Assembly: GCA_047495785.1 (NCBI GenBank)
Contig: JBLDXI010000010.1
Span: forward strand, 868,001 to 932,000
DNA: 64,000 bases
Direction: 5' to 3'
Source: Lepidodermella squamata
Lineage: Eukaryota > Animalia > Gastrotricha
Below, piece by piece: positions 11,330 through 23,600 of the stretch. The notes under the pieces are model-generated. The model searched no databases. It had not been told where the DNA came from and worked only from the letters and a program-made list of their open reading frames with translations. The stretch's first letter is position 1; every line of letters begins with the position of its first letter. Position numbers and translations under genes: made by a program.

Positions 11330-14300
11330 ATGCAGACAATCGCATTTGCCCTAACCTTATTTTGCGTGTTTTCAGAGGTACCTTGCCAAAAATCGGAAAT
11401 TGTCCATTTTACTTGAATTTTACAGCCTCTTGTTACGGCAATTTGCATCCGGCATGATGGTTGCCCTCCCATTTCGTCAGTTGAACACGGCTCTTTGCAG
11501 ATTTCGCAAGATTCCGAGAACAGATCAACAGCAACTTTGACATGCGATGAGGGCTTCGTGGCAACTGAGCAGCGCCCAATCACGTGCATTAATAATGAAT
11601 GGAATGGAAGCCCGGGAGTTTGCATCATAGGTTAGCAGGCAGTATTCTTTTATGAATTATTAATTTATTCTTAATTTTTTATATAGAGTCTCCAGTCAAA
11701 TTTTCGCTGTTACATCAAGCCATCTCGGAAGGTGATTTAGATGCCTTGAACGAGTTGTTAGATGATGGTCGTTTCGTGAATGCCCAGAACGCATCTGGCT
11801 GGTCTGCTTTACACCTTGCGGCTACCCTTGGAAGCGTTCACACAACTCGTTATCTCATCGGGAAGGGGGCTGATATCAAACTAAGAAACCACGATTGGCA
11901 TACCGCTCTTCACCTTGCTGTTATCTATAAGAAGATAGATGTTGTAGTTCTGCTTCTGGAGAATTTGGAAGATGCTGCCGTGCTGTTGGAAGCAGCCGAT
12001 TTTGTCCTTGGAAGGACTCCGATATTTTACGCCAATGCTGAAATCGCGAAATTCCTTATCGCAAAAGGAGCCAATACCCTACATTGCGACCACAAAATGA
12101 TGCATCCTATTCATGCCGCGACTTTCAGGAAGGATATTGAAGTCATTCGCCTGCTGATAAGCCGTGACGAAAACGAGAGTGGCCTGCAGTGGTTCAGCAA
12201 AACGTTGTCCCATATTGCTGCTGAGCTCGATTTTGCCGAGTTCATCAGCGAATTTCCTCATTTAATTTCGGCAAATGATGAAAGCGGATCATCAACGTTA
12301 TGTCTTATGGCAGCGGCTGGGAGTGTTGAATTTGCGAAGCAGTTGCCAGCCTCTATCCAGTTACAGAAGGAAATTTGCAATTATTCACACGATAGGCGGG
12401 GCTCCTTACTCCATGTCGCCACTTTTCACAAAAAACCTGATATGGTCGCCTGGCTTCTCGAGAAGGGTTTAAGTTTGGCGGGAAAAGACTCAAGACATTG
12501 GACTGCTCTTCATGTTATCGCTGCGCTTCCATCTTCCTCCGATCAAATCGAAAACGTTGGTAGAATTATGGACAGTTTCGAAGCTTATAGCGCCAAGTCG
12601 ATTGATGATGTAGTAGATATTGTTGACGATAACAACTCTTCGGCATTTTTACTGGCTGTGAGGCATGACAATCTTCTAGTAGCTCAGTCATTGATAAACC
12701 AAATGGCAGCCTATCCCTTAGCGACGGAGAAAAACCAGAAGTCGGCTCTTCATTATGTTAGGTCTCAGCGAATGCTTGTCTATCTGCTGTCCGTTGTTCC
12801 AAACCCAGGTGTGGAACTTAATAGAAGGGCCCATGTCACCCCGTCATCACCAACCCCTTTCCTATATGCTATAGAGAATAAGCGCCCTATCGAAATGCTA
12901 AGGTATATGCTGAAGTTCAAAGCCAATCCGAATGTGACAGACGCCAACCAAAAGAATTCCTTACACTACTCAATAACTGAAGACTATAAAGAGGCATTCT
13001 CTCTGCTTCTTAAATCGTCGGTTAATGCCAATGCTGTTTCCGATCCGAGGAACCAAACGCCTCTCTACCTGGCTTTAATACTAAATAAGACCGAATACGC
13101 TAAGGAATTGATCGAGTATGCCCCTGAGGCATGCGTTAGGTTGAGCTCTGAAGACATGAGCCCGGTCCATTACGCAGTTCGAAATAACTTGACCGAAATC
13201 TTGGAAGTCTTCGCAAAATGCGCTCGATGCGACCTATCTGCGGCTAACAAGGAAGGAATGACCCCTCTATACTACGCTCTAAAAACTGAGAACAGAAATG
13301 CAGCGCTTTTATTAGCGGGAGCTAAGGGAAAAGCTGGGCTCAACTATCGTCCCGAAAGTGCAACAATTGACACCGCTCTGGATTTAGCGGTCTGGAAAAA
13401 TTTCACCGATGTGGTGGAAATTATGTTGCGGAATGGGGCTGATGTGGCACTTCCAAATCGCCTGGGCTTCAATCCGTTTCATATCGCGGTGCTCGAGCAA
13501 AATTTGTCCATGATTCATACAATTTACAACAGCAGCGCTCTGAAGTCTCATCTCTTCAAGTTGACAACAGGCAAAAAACGAAATTCACTCCATTTGTGTT
13601 CCAAAAGTGGGAAATATGGCATTGAAATCGCTAAATGGATCTTGAACTCGAGCGATGAAGTGACGAGGTCTCAATTGCTGAATAGCCATGATAGTTATGG
13701 CGAGACCCCTTTACATCGAGCTGTTACCCATGAAAATGAACCCTTAGCGTTACTTTTCATTGGATTCGGAGCGAGATGTAGCACGCACAACGAGAACGGC
13801 ATTAGTCCATATGATGTTGCCGCGAACATGGACTACAGAATACTTCAATATTCAATGATGGAACATTCCAGCTGTAAACGCTCCTGTCCTCATGTTAAAG
13901 TGGACTGTGGCAAACTTCCAGGAATCGTGAATGCTGAAGTTGAGCCGAATCTGCAATTCTGTTCGAACAAGGCGAAAATTGTTTGCAAGCATGGCTTTTC
14001 AGTCAAGGGGTCTGAAACTATCGAATGTAGCACAGATGGGAAATGGCTTGTCAACGGTTACTGCGAGCCGATTTGCTCTATACCGACTATTGAAAACGGT
14101 AAAGTTATCGGCACTGGTAGGAATGCTACAGTCGTCTGCGATCCTGAGCATTTTTTCGACGGATCCTGCCTCGCCTCTTGCACGGATGCTAATGTCCTCA
14201 GTTTCCATGGTCAGTGTAGTGGAAATTATCGTCTAAGATGTACAGTTTTTAAATCGATTTACTTTTGCGTATTTTTATTTCCGAGAATTTGCAGGGCGCT

Positions 14301-14796
14301 TTGCACCTGTGGATTACGAATGCTCGGAAAGATTTGAAGTAATCGATACAACATGCGCAAGTGGTCCCAGATTTGGGACGATAAGTTATAACCTCGGAAA
14401 TAGCGAAGCAATAACTGAAAGAAAGAAAGAATCCTGCTGGATATTCAAAGTTCCCAAAGGGAAACGAATCAGGTAAGATTTTGAAATATTCAATGAGAAG
14501 TTTAGCTATGAAACATGTTTTGCATAGGTTCTCTGGAATTTCTTGCCAAGGCGGATGTAAGTCTATGCTCATAAAAACCTTGGGAATTATTAATGTTTTG
14601 CGCAGATAACGATCGTGGTCACTTTTTCAACGGCATTTCGCCTCGTAAATACATTGGCGGTTGCAGGACTGGAGACTTCACTTCGGAGGATTCCCTAACA
14701 ACAAGTGATGAATTTGTCTCAGTTCAATACTTCAACGGCAAAGGTCACTGGACTGGATTGTATAGCTCATTTAGAGCCGATTGGCGTTTGGATTAA
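11330..14796 (+). CDS. Secreted Sushi-ankyrin repeat-Sushi-Sushi-CUB protein, paralog 2 (multi-exon)
   Basis: ATG 11330 begins signal peptide MQTIAFALTLFCVFSE. Sushi exon CPPISSVEHG..CDEGF..C..NEWNGSPGVC. ORF 11746-14337 has an ankyrin array colinear with paralog 1 plus two Sushi modules (CGKLPGIVN..CSTDGKW; CSIPTIENG). A divergent CUB domain ends SFRADWRLD* at 14796. Confidence 0.88.
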
Positions 14797-14934
14797 ATGT
14801 CTCGAACTTTTCAAGGCTGTAGAAACTTTTTACTTCATAGAGAATCAATACTTAAGAGAATCGAATGAAAGCATCCGTTATAAATAAAAACAATTGTTAC
14901 TGAGAAATCATGTTCAAAGCAGGAAGGACTTTTG

Positions 14935-15141
14935 TTACCACGGCATAATTTCGGTCAAATGCTCCCGTTTTCGAAAGATGTAGAGTGCGGCGAACGGCGA
15001 GGCAGCCCCGAGAGAACATAATCCGCTGTACGCCAATGACAAAGCTATCGCAGCCCGTTCGGTGTCGCCCATCGGTTTCTTCCGATAAGCACCGCTGGCA
15101 AAGTAGCGTGAAGCAATGATTGATCGAGAGACTGCAAACAT
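14935..15141 (-). CDS. Small mitochondrial single-TM protein, cytochrome c oxidase subunit 8/7C-like
   Basis: 68 aa. An Arg/Ser-rich presequence free of acidic residues (MFAVSRSIIASRYFASG) is followed by KKPMGDTERAAIAL and one hydrophobic helix, resembling the COX8 layout. Family assignment is by resemblance only. Confidence 0.45.
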   Translation of the reverse strand: MFAVSRSIIASRYFASGAYRKKPMGDTERAAIALSLAYSGLCSLGAASPFAALYIFRKREHLTEIMPW

Positions 15142-16239
15142 TTTCGAGAACGAACTTTACTTTTGATGTAATCTAAGGCGTTTGAAAAGCGAACTGAATG
15201 AGATTCAGGCCCTCAGTGTTTAAAAAAAAAGTGAATTCTATACGCTCAATTAGCTGTATAAGGTGTTGTATTACTCATGCTATAATTGTAGGATTAATCA
15301 TAAGGCATTCCTGTTGCTAAGCGCGGCCTCTGTTACGTATTCGTATTTCATTGCTCATAACTGACTTGCCGTCTGGGGGGTCGTGTGAATTTCACCCTAT
15401 AACATCCGTTTTGAGCTATAAACAAAAAGCACTCAGGGGCGATAGATTGAAAACAACTTGCCAAAATTTCTCTAACTCGAAAGTAGCATGATTTCAAGAA
15501 TTTTATTATATTGTCCAGTATGTAATATCGATCTCATGATCATTTAAAAATTGAAAATTGCAGACAGCTTGATTGTATATATGCCAGTCAAACTGATGAA
15601 GTTATATAAAAGTTCCGGATTTGCCATCTTTTGTCGGGAGTAAAAGTCGCTGTTTAGCGTTTCCTTAATCTCCGTCATCAGACCAATTTTTCATAGCCAA
15701 GATTACGCCTCCGGATTACGTATTGATCCTGAAATGGAAATCAGGATCTAATACCGCTGTCAGGAACGGGCAAAATACATTTTCGAGGCAAAATAGTGAA
15801 CAGTTCTGTAAAAACTCTAAATCAAAGACAGCATTATAGTCTCAACAATTCACAACGAAATAGAATAGATACTGAGAGGACAAACAAAAATCGGGTAAAT
15901 TTCTTGACTATTTCAAAGCTAATGCGGGCTTGTCTAAAATGGGGAAAGCAAGGGGCATTAAATAATATAACGAAGCAAGTGCCTCGCTAAAGTTCTACTG
16001 TAAACATCGCAGTACTTATATACCAAACGTATTTATATGCGAAAAAACGCTATAGCATAGCGGCGTATGTATTAGTACACACGCGCACTCACTTCACCCC
16101 TGTTATCATGCACCTTACTCGCATGTACTCGAGGCCAGGCGTGTTTTTTGCTGCGTTATACTGATGCGCACATTACTTCTATCATCTAAAACACACACAT
16201 CGTATAGAGATAAGGCCTTATTTCTTTACATCTAGCTTT

Positions 16240-18122
16240 TTATTCATCATCATCAGCATGTTGTTGCCAGGCATTGGCATTCGGGCACGTATTATTTGCG
16301 GTTAGCGGCACGAGAAGGAAAATTGGCAGTAGGATTGACAGTATGAAGCCAATTAGGAACATAATTACATCAACCCGAGTTGTTACGTCCTGCCATTTTG
16401 CTCTATTGATGCGCCTGGCACGAGAAATTAATTGAAGCCGCCGCCTCTTCTCACGTCGCCTTGTTTCCTTGTAGCTATACAAGCTTAGTGAGCTATGCAC
16501 TTGATCAAGGAGAGGCTGATCTATGGATCTGAATCTTTTCGTTGGTGTTTCAGCAACTAGAAGATCTGCATCGTCTTTTATATGCTCTGCCTCCTCCCAG
16601 ATGTTAAGACTTTTAAGCTGGATGGGTAGAATCAGCTCAACGAAGCATGAGGCCCAGTAGGGAGGAGGTATAGATTTGATATTAGCTAGCCGCTGGATGA
16701 AAACTGATTCGAAAATTCCAATACTAGATAGGACAATGAGCAAAATGATGTACTTCGACAATGCAGTGATTGAGTCAGAAGTTTTTGGCTGTTAAAATGC
16801 TGGAAATGTGAAACAGGAGAAAGGATTGAACTAGCCTACCATCTCCTCGGTTACAACTGTAAGGAATACGACTAAGGTGAGCATATTCTGGAATGAAAAA
16901 TCCGAATTAGGTGAGGTCGGAATGTTGTTAGGTTACTTACTGTTGTAGCAAAACCTATCCGATCGCTGGTTGAATCTAAAATTCAACGTAATGAGACCTG
17001 CGTAGTTTTTCAGTTAGATTTACCTCTCAGTGGTATTAGAAATACAAACGGTTGAACGGCTGATAGTGCAAAGATTGGAAAAATGAGATTGACGATGTAG
17101 AATGAGCTTTTCCTCCTAACTACAAATTCGAATCTGAGTCTGCTGAAGTACTCATCACTGATTGAATAGTAATAGTTGTAAACCTTGGATAACAATGACA
17201 CATCTTTAAGCAAAACGAATTCTAGTGAAATCTTACCTTAGTCGAGAAAGAGCATAGTGAAAATTGAAGGGATGTGAAGCTTGGCTCTATGATGATTCCA
17301 GAGCTGTTATCGAACAGAAAGTAGTTCGAATTCAGAGACCAACTCTCAAATTCAATCGAACACTAGACCATTCGAAAAAACTCAGATATTGGCCGAATTT
17401 CAGTGAATTCGTTTACTTTTTGAATGTCGAAAGGGAAATTTATCAACCTTAGTCCACACCAGGTTCGGGCGGTTCCTATGACAATTCTTCAAGCTACATC
17501 AAACATCATTTTCCATGTAATAACATTACCTTGGGGAACGAAGATGAATTCTCCTTTGTGACTAAGGCGAACCATGAACTGTCTGTCTTTGGTTATCGAG
17601 TAAATGTGGTCCGCTGAGTTGATCATGGCAATATCAGGTATCCATACACGTTCGGACTCTGTTTTGAGCCAGACTTCATTACAAATCTTCGAAGTGAAAT
17701 CAACAAGTTACCAAAGGTAATTTCGCTGATATTATCGTAATCAGCAGGATTCCTATGTGAATTTTAATAATGGAAAATTGAACTAATAGATGCAAAGCAA
17801 GCTTACCATCCGACCATTGGATCGGCCCATTGCATGAAGAGGGCTACGACACTTTCGAAAATGCCATCGCGCTCTATTGTTGTCTTCACCTTCAGCAGCA
17901 TAATATCCATTTTTACGATAACAGGTTTAGCTGGCAAGCTTAAAATTTCATGGATGAACGGTTTTCAGAGTAAAGAAACTCTCACTGTTCCTTGCTGTGT
18001 TGAGCGAAAATCATTTCAGCCAACGCCTGAATCTCATTATGATCGGTGACAGTCGATGAGTTATAGGAAGCTTTTGAATCATAAATTGAGCAACAAATCA
18101 TAAAAAGTTCAAAAAGCCTCAT
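16240..18122 (-). CDS. Cys-loop ligand-gated ion channel subunit A (nAChR/5-HT3-like, non-alpha)
   Basis: Signal peptide MRLFELFMICCSI at 18122. Motifs VWIPDIAMINSAD, Cys-loop TWCGLRLINFPFDIQK..CSIEFESWS, RRKSSFYIVNLIFP (M1), SDRIGFATTNMLTLVVFL (M2), PKTSDSITALSKY (M3), KWQDVTTRVDVIMF (M4). Many small exons. Confidence 0.88.
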
Positions 18123-18195
18123 TTTTTACTGTATTCTCAAAATCCTAGCTACTACTTTCATGGCAGTGCAAGCAAAACAAACAAAGAGTTGTAAG

Positions 18196-20438
18196 TCACG
18201 ACATGACATCTTCCTGGCACGTGTTGTCGAAGACGGTCAGCGGGAAAAACAGAATGAAGGGCAACATGAGGGAGCCAGCAAAGCAGAGTAGAAACAGCAA
18301 AACGTCGAGACGACGAACGCTGTCTTCCCATTTTAGCTTGTTGATTTTGCGAAGCGTGACAGATTGGTGCAGGCGCCGTTTTTCTTCTTCCCTAACTATG
18401 TTGTCGTAGTCACTCATGTCAGCCACGCTGCTTCTCACATCTGCTGAAGTCACGCTCAGCCTCAAATCTGGTAGAGTTCCCCTTTCTGGATAAGCGATTG
18501 GAGCAGTTCTAGGTCTCAATTTCGCAGGTATAGCAGATAAAGCTGGAAGTAGCTGAGGTTTAACGTCTGTGTAAAGAGGCTCAGTCTGCGATGAGGGGGT
18601 GTCAGTTCCTTTCGCAAGGCAGCTATGTCTGGGATTATACGATTTCCCAAATCGCTTTGTGGAGATTCCAGAAAAAACTTTAGAAATAATGAGCGAAAAC
18701 CAATATATGTACCTTGGTTTCAGCTTCTAGCGCGACAAGCTCTTCTTTCGTTGCTATCGGGTATAGAAACTTCAGGGTCCTGTAAAGCCATGCAGGTGGT
18801 GGGTTGCTTGGATTAGCTGTGACACGTTCAGCGAATACTGATTGGAAAATGGCCACGCTCGCCAAAACGATCAGGGCTATGATGTATTTGGACAAAGCTG
18901 TTACAGCATCAGAAGTTTTAGGCTGGAAAATACGGAAATCATCGATAGTTCGAGAGTTCCTAAATTGGTACCATTTCCGACGTAACGATTGTTTGAAAAA
19001 CGACAAGAGTGAGCATATTCTATTGAATGAAGGTTAAATTTTATGATGCAGGCAGAATTTCAGTTAACTCACCGTTGTAGCAAACCCAACTCTGTCACTT
19101 GAAGAGTCTGTTTTGCAACAAAGTTTCCTTCGCTGCGAATTTCTGTCGGAGTAAGAAATTTACCTCTCAATGGGATCAAAAAGACCAGTGGTTGCACAGC
19201 TGACAGAGCTGCGATTGGGAAAATCAGATTGATAATGTAGAAAGAGCCTGTAGCAAAAACATTGAATTTCAATCCTATTTTTAGGCAAGATTGGGACTTT
19301 TTCTTCTGACGATGAAATCAAATTTGAGCCGGTTGAAGTTCTCCGATGTCATTTCGTAGAAGTAATCGTGAACCTGCCAAACACAGAAAAATTAGCATCG
19401 TCCGTCGTATGTCATAACCTGACTCACAGTGGCATTCCATTCGCACAGCGAGAATTGAAGAGAAGCGAAATTTGGATCGATGACCACTTGCGAAGACGTG
19501 TTGAACTGAAGGGACTCGGAATTGAGCGACCAACTTTCAAATTCGATTGAGCACTGCAATGTAAGAAAGATCAATCAAGTTCAAAATAATGGTAACCAAG
19601 ATTCCAGTTCCGAACATCTTGATTCCACCTTTCCAAAGATCAAAGAATTTAAGAATTTACGAAGCTCGGAAGGTGAGGAGAAGGAAAAGCGAAGGGGTTT
19701 GGGTCCAAAAATGAAGGGTTCGGGATGCTTACCACCTGTATGTCGAAAGGAAAGGTTAGGAGCTTCAAATCGCACCAAGTTCTTGCTGTCCCTAGAAATG
19801 TAATAACGAATCTGTGTATGCAGCTTTTTCCATCTGGTCCGGGTTTACCAGTGGGAACAAAATGGAACAATCCGCGATTGTTCACTCGAACAACGAACTG
19901 TTTGTCCTTGCTTATCGAATACATGTGATCTGCAGAATTCGTCATTGCAATATCCGGCAGCCACACCCTCTCAGCATCTTCAAATAGAAAATCATGAACC
20001 TGTAAATCCACACAAGAAAAGTTACCAAATGCGAGTTCGGTAAGATTTCCGTAATCTTCCGGTTCCCTTGGAATATTTTGATTAAAATGAAGCTAATATC
20101 CTTCAGGAAAGTGATAGATACCACGTGATTCTAGGATCCGTCCATTCCATGAACAGGGCTACAACACTCTCAAAAATGCCATCTCGCTCGATGGTGGTCT
20201 TCACTTTCAGTAAGAGTAGATCCATTTTAACGACAACCGGCTTGCTCGGTATGCTGTATAGTAAAAGGATCAATGAATTCTACCAAAAAATGCAACAATC
20301 TAACATCTCCTTCTTGTTCTTCTGGAAAATGCTGTTCATCAACTGAATCATGCTACTTGCATCTGTTCGAGCCGGCTTAGATTGCGACGTAACTCCGGAG
20401 CAGCTCAGCATTAAAACAGCACATAGGACTATCATCAT
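18196..20438 (-). CDS. Cys-loop ligand-gated ion channel subunit B (non-alpha)
   Basis: Signal peptide MMIVLCAVLMLSCSG. Motifs ERVWLPDIAMTNSADHMY, TARTWCDLKLLTFPFDIQ..CSIEFESWS, SFYIINLIFP, PKTSDAVTALSKY, KWEDSVRRLDVLLF. Confidence 0.88.
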
Positions 20439-20605
20439 ATTTCAAATTTAGGGTATGGTTCTGAATTTTTGAACTCGTCGCCGTGGGCATCGCCCGGTGT
20501 AAAGTCGTAAAACACCTTGACAACTTTTTTCTGATTGCTCCACACGACACCTTCAAACACCTGTCTACCATCACATGACTCATCTTCTTTATGTACAAAA
20601 AATGA

Positions 20606-23600
20606 TCACGAATGATGATCGTAATTTGATATCTCATTAGGACACGTGTCGTCGAAAATCGTCAGTGGTAGAAATAGCAGAACTGGCAGTAGGATGGACA
20701 GTAACGAGCAGATGACGAACATGATGAAGTCGAGTCTTGCGGCTACGTCTTCCCACTTTTCCATATTTATGCGATGAATCTTCGCTGCTAAGAACTGCTT
20801 TTGCCGCCGCTGTTGCCGGACAGCTTCTTCGCCTGAGAAGCTTTCCCGAGGGCTTGATTCGGCGGAAATTTGAGGCGATTTAGCCGCATCTGGGACAGTT
20901 AGGTAATTTCGGGCGAATCGAACGTGAAGTCGAGTTGAAGTTTCGGGGATTTGATCATCTGTAATAACTGTCGGTTGGTTTTGCTGGGGGAATGACGTTG
21001 TCGCAAATCCGGGTAGCGGGGTAAGTAGCCGGGCTTGGGAAGATGGTGCAACGGCTGATTTCGGTACTCGATGACTCTCAACAACATATAAATTGTCGTC
21101 AATTTCCTAAAATCATTACAAATTTTAAATTAGAGAGTCGAAAATTAAGGATAAGCACATACCCCATTGGCACAGCAGAAGTCGCAAAGGGTTCGGAATC
21201 TATCAGATGGGGCTCCTCTGCCCCTTCGACGTTGGGGCCGTATCACTATTTCCTCCTAAAAAAATTAAAACATACAACAAAATTAGATGATATGACGATT
21301 GATTTTCCTTAAAATACCAAATAATTCCATAAATAAATCTAATCCTAAATAATTATTTTAGAAAATATGTTCTACAACCTACAACGCTGCTAAAAAATTT
21401 CAAAAAATTTCAAAAAAATTTTCGCTAACTTTTTCCATTTTTCAAAGGGTGTGAAAAAGTGCGCACCCTAAAATTAGGGTTCCAGCACTAATTTTGAGGA
21501 TCTAGCACTAGATTTCCACTAAATATTAAATATGGTTTTTCTAGTTTCACGTCTTCACTAGAATCTAAATTTTTTGCCATCATGCCTAACCGATAAATCT
21601 TCATATTACGCCCATTTTGAAGAGTTATACTTCAGCCTGCGAAGCCGATATCGATTCCACGTACCGATTTTACTAATCAGTGATTTTTCCGATAAGGGCC
21701 GTCTTGGAACCCGACATCAATAATTTGTTACGTAGCTTAAATAAAAAATCACAGGTTCAGGAGGTTCATCAGTATCGATCAAAACCGAAAACACCGAAAT
21801 GGCAACGAATCTGAGAAATTTAGTACCTAGGAAGCTTAAATTTAGTGCTGAAACCTAATTTTTAGTGTTGCAAATATTTGGGCAAAATTAGGAATTCTAA
21901 AACTTTTGAAATAATTTCAAATTTCATTTTTTGAAATTTTAAAATTGAAATTCCTGAATTTTTTTTCATAAATAGAGAGGAAGCTTGAGTTGAAGCTAAA
22001 ACGTACGTCCTCGTTTAAAGGTGGAATGTAATTTCCGCCATTATAGTGCTCAAAGTTAATAGGGCAAATTCTCTCGAGAAGATACGAAACCCAAAACGGG
22101 GGCGGTTTAGCTGAAAGACGAGTGAGTCGCTCCACCAGGACAGATTCGAAAATGGCCCAACTTGACAGAATAATCAGCGTTATTATGTATTTTGACAGGG
22201 CAGTCACGGCATCCGACGTTTTCGGCTTAAATTAAATTAATTATTAAATAATTCAGGAAAATTGAACAAATTTATTTACCATTTCCTCTGTCACTATGGT
22301 TTGAAAAACCACGAGAGTCAGCATGTTCTAAAATGATTGATGATTTTTTTGCGGATTTTTCGCACGATTTTTTTCGGTAATAATTACCGTAGTTCCAAAG
22401 CCGACGCGGTCCGACGACGAATCTAGCGCGAAGATCATGAAGAATTGAAGAAAAGATAGCAGCCTGTGATTGTGATTTGAAAAGTAAAAACAATACCTCT
22501 TAGTGGGATGAAAAACACCAATGGTTGCACTAACGATAGCGCAGCGATCGGAAATATCAAGTTGATTATGTAGAAAGAGCCTGTGTTAATCACATTAATC
22601 AGGTCAAGATAATTAAAACACGTTAGTTTCATCTATTTTTGTTCACAAACTTCGTCGACGAACAACAAAATCGAACTTTAACCGGCTGAAATTTTCGTCG
22701 CTCACTTCGTAGTAGTAATCATAGACCTATTAGGGTCGCGTTAATAGAAATAAATTAGTAAAATTAAATTATTAGTTTTGTGTTTAGTAAACTAGGTCAA
22801 ACCTTGGCGCCGTAGCCGCAGAGTGAAAATTGTAGTGAGGAAAAATTAGGATCGACAATAACGTGAGAACTTTTGCTGAAACGTAGGCTGTTTGAATTCA
22901 ATGACCAGCTTTCGAACTCAATTGAACACTTTAAAAATGATCAGAAATTTAACATTAAAAATTCTAGATTAACTACAACGTGTCCCAGAATTGGCTCAAC
23001 TATTTCTAATTTGGCAACTTTTTGTAGAAAGGGTCTAAATAAGTGCACCACCTAAAATGAGGTTCCAGCACTAAATTTGAGAGTGCGTTTACCTAATTTG
23101 CAAACAGCTCCCACTAAATCATTTGGGCACCTAAATATGAGTTCCAGCACTAAATATCAGCATTCAGTGCCTATTACTGCTGTTAAACCCAGGCGAGGCT
23201 CTCAGGCATTCTCGACCACGCGCTCTCAGACAATGCATGCCTAGGTTTTCACCGTATTCCGTAATACTCCGATTATACGGTACAGCTCAAGCCACTTTTA
23301 TAGTGCTGTAAGGTAGGGTTGTGTTTACGGTTCCGAGTAATGTTAAGGAGTTAGGATTAGGATATAATGACCCGCGATTTTAGGCTCGCTTGCATAATTA
23401 AGAGAAATGCGAACTTGAAAATAATGCATATTATGCAAATGAGCCATGATGTTGAGATTAGCATCACTTTATGATACACCATTTCGAATCGTTAATTTGC
23501 TTACTGCTGACAACTCTGCTATGGAACGCCGCCATTGACTCTGGGTCTTGGGTCCAAGTGGTGACGGTGGGTGGTCAAGTTGGTCCCAATTTAGCTACAT

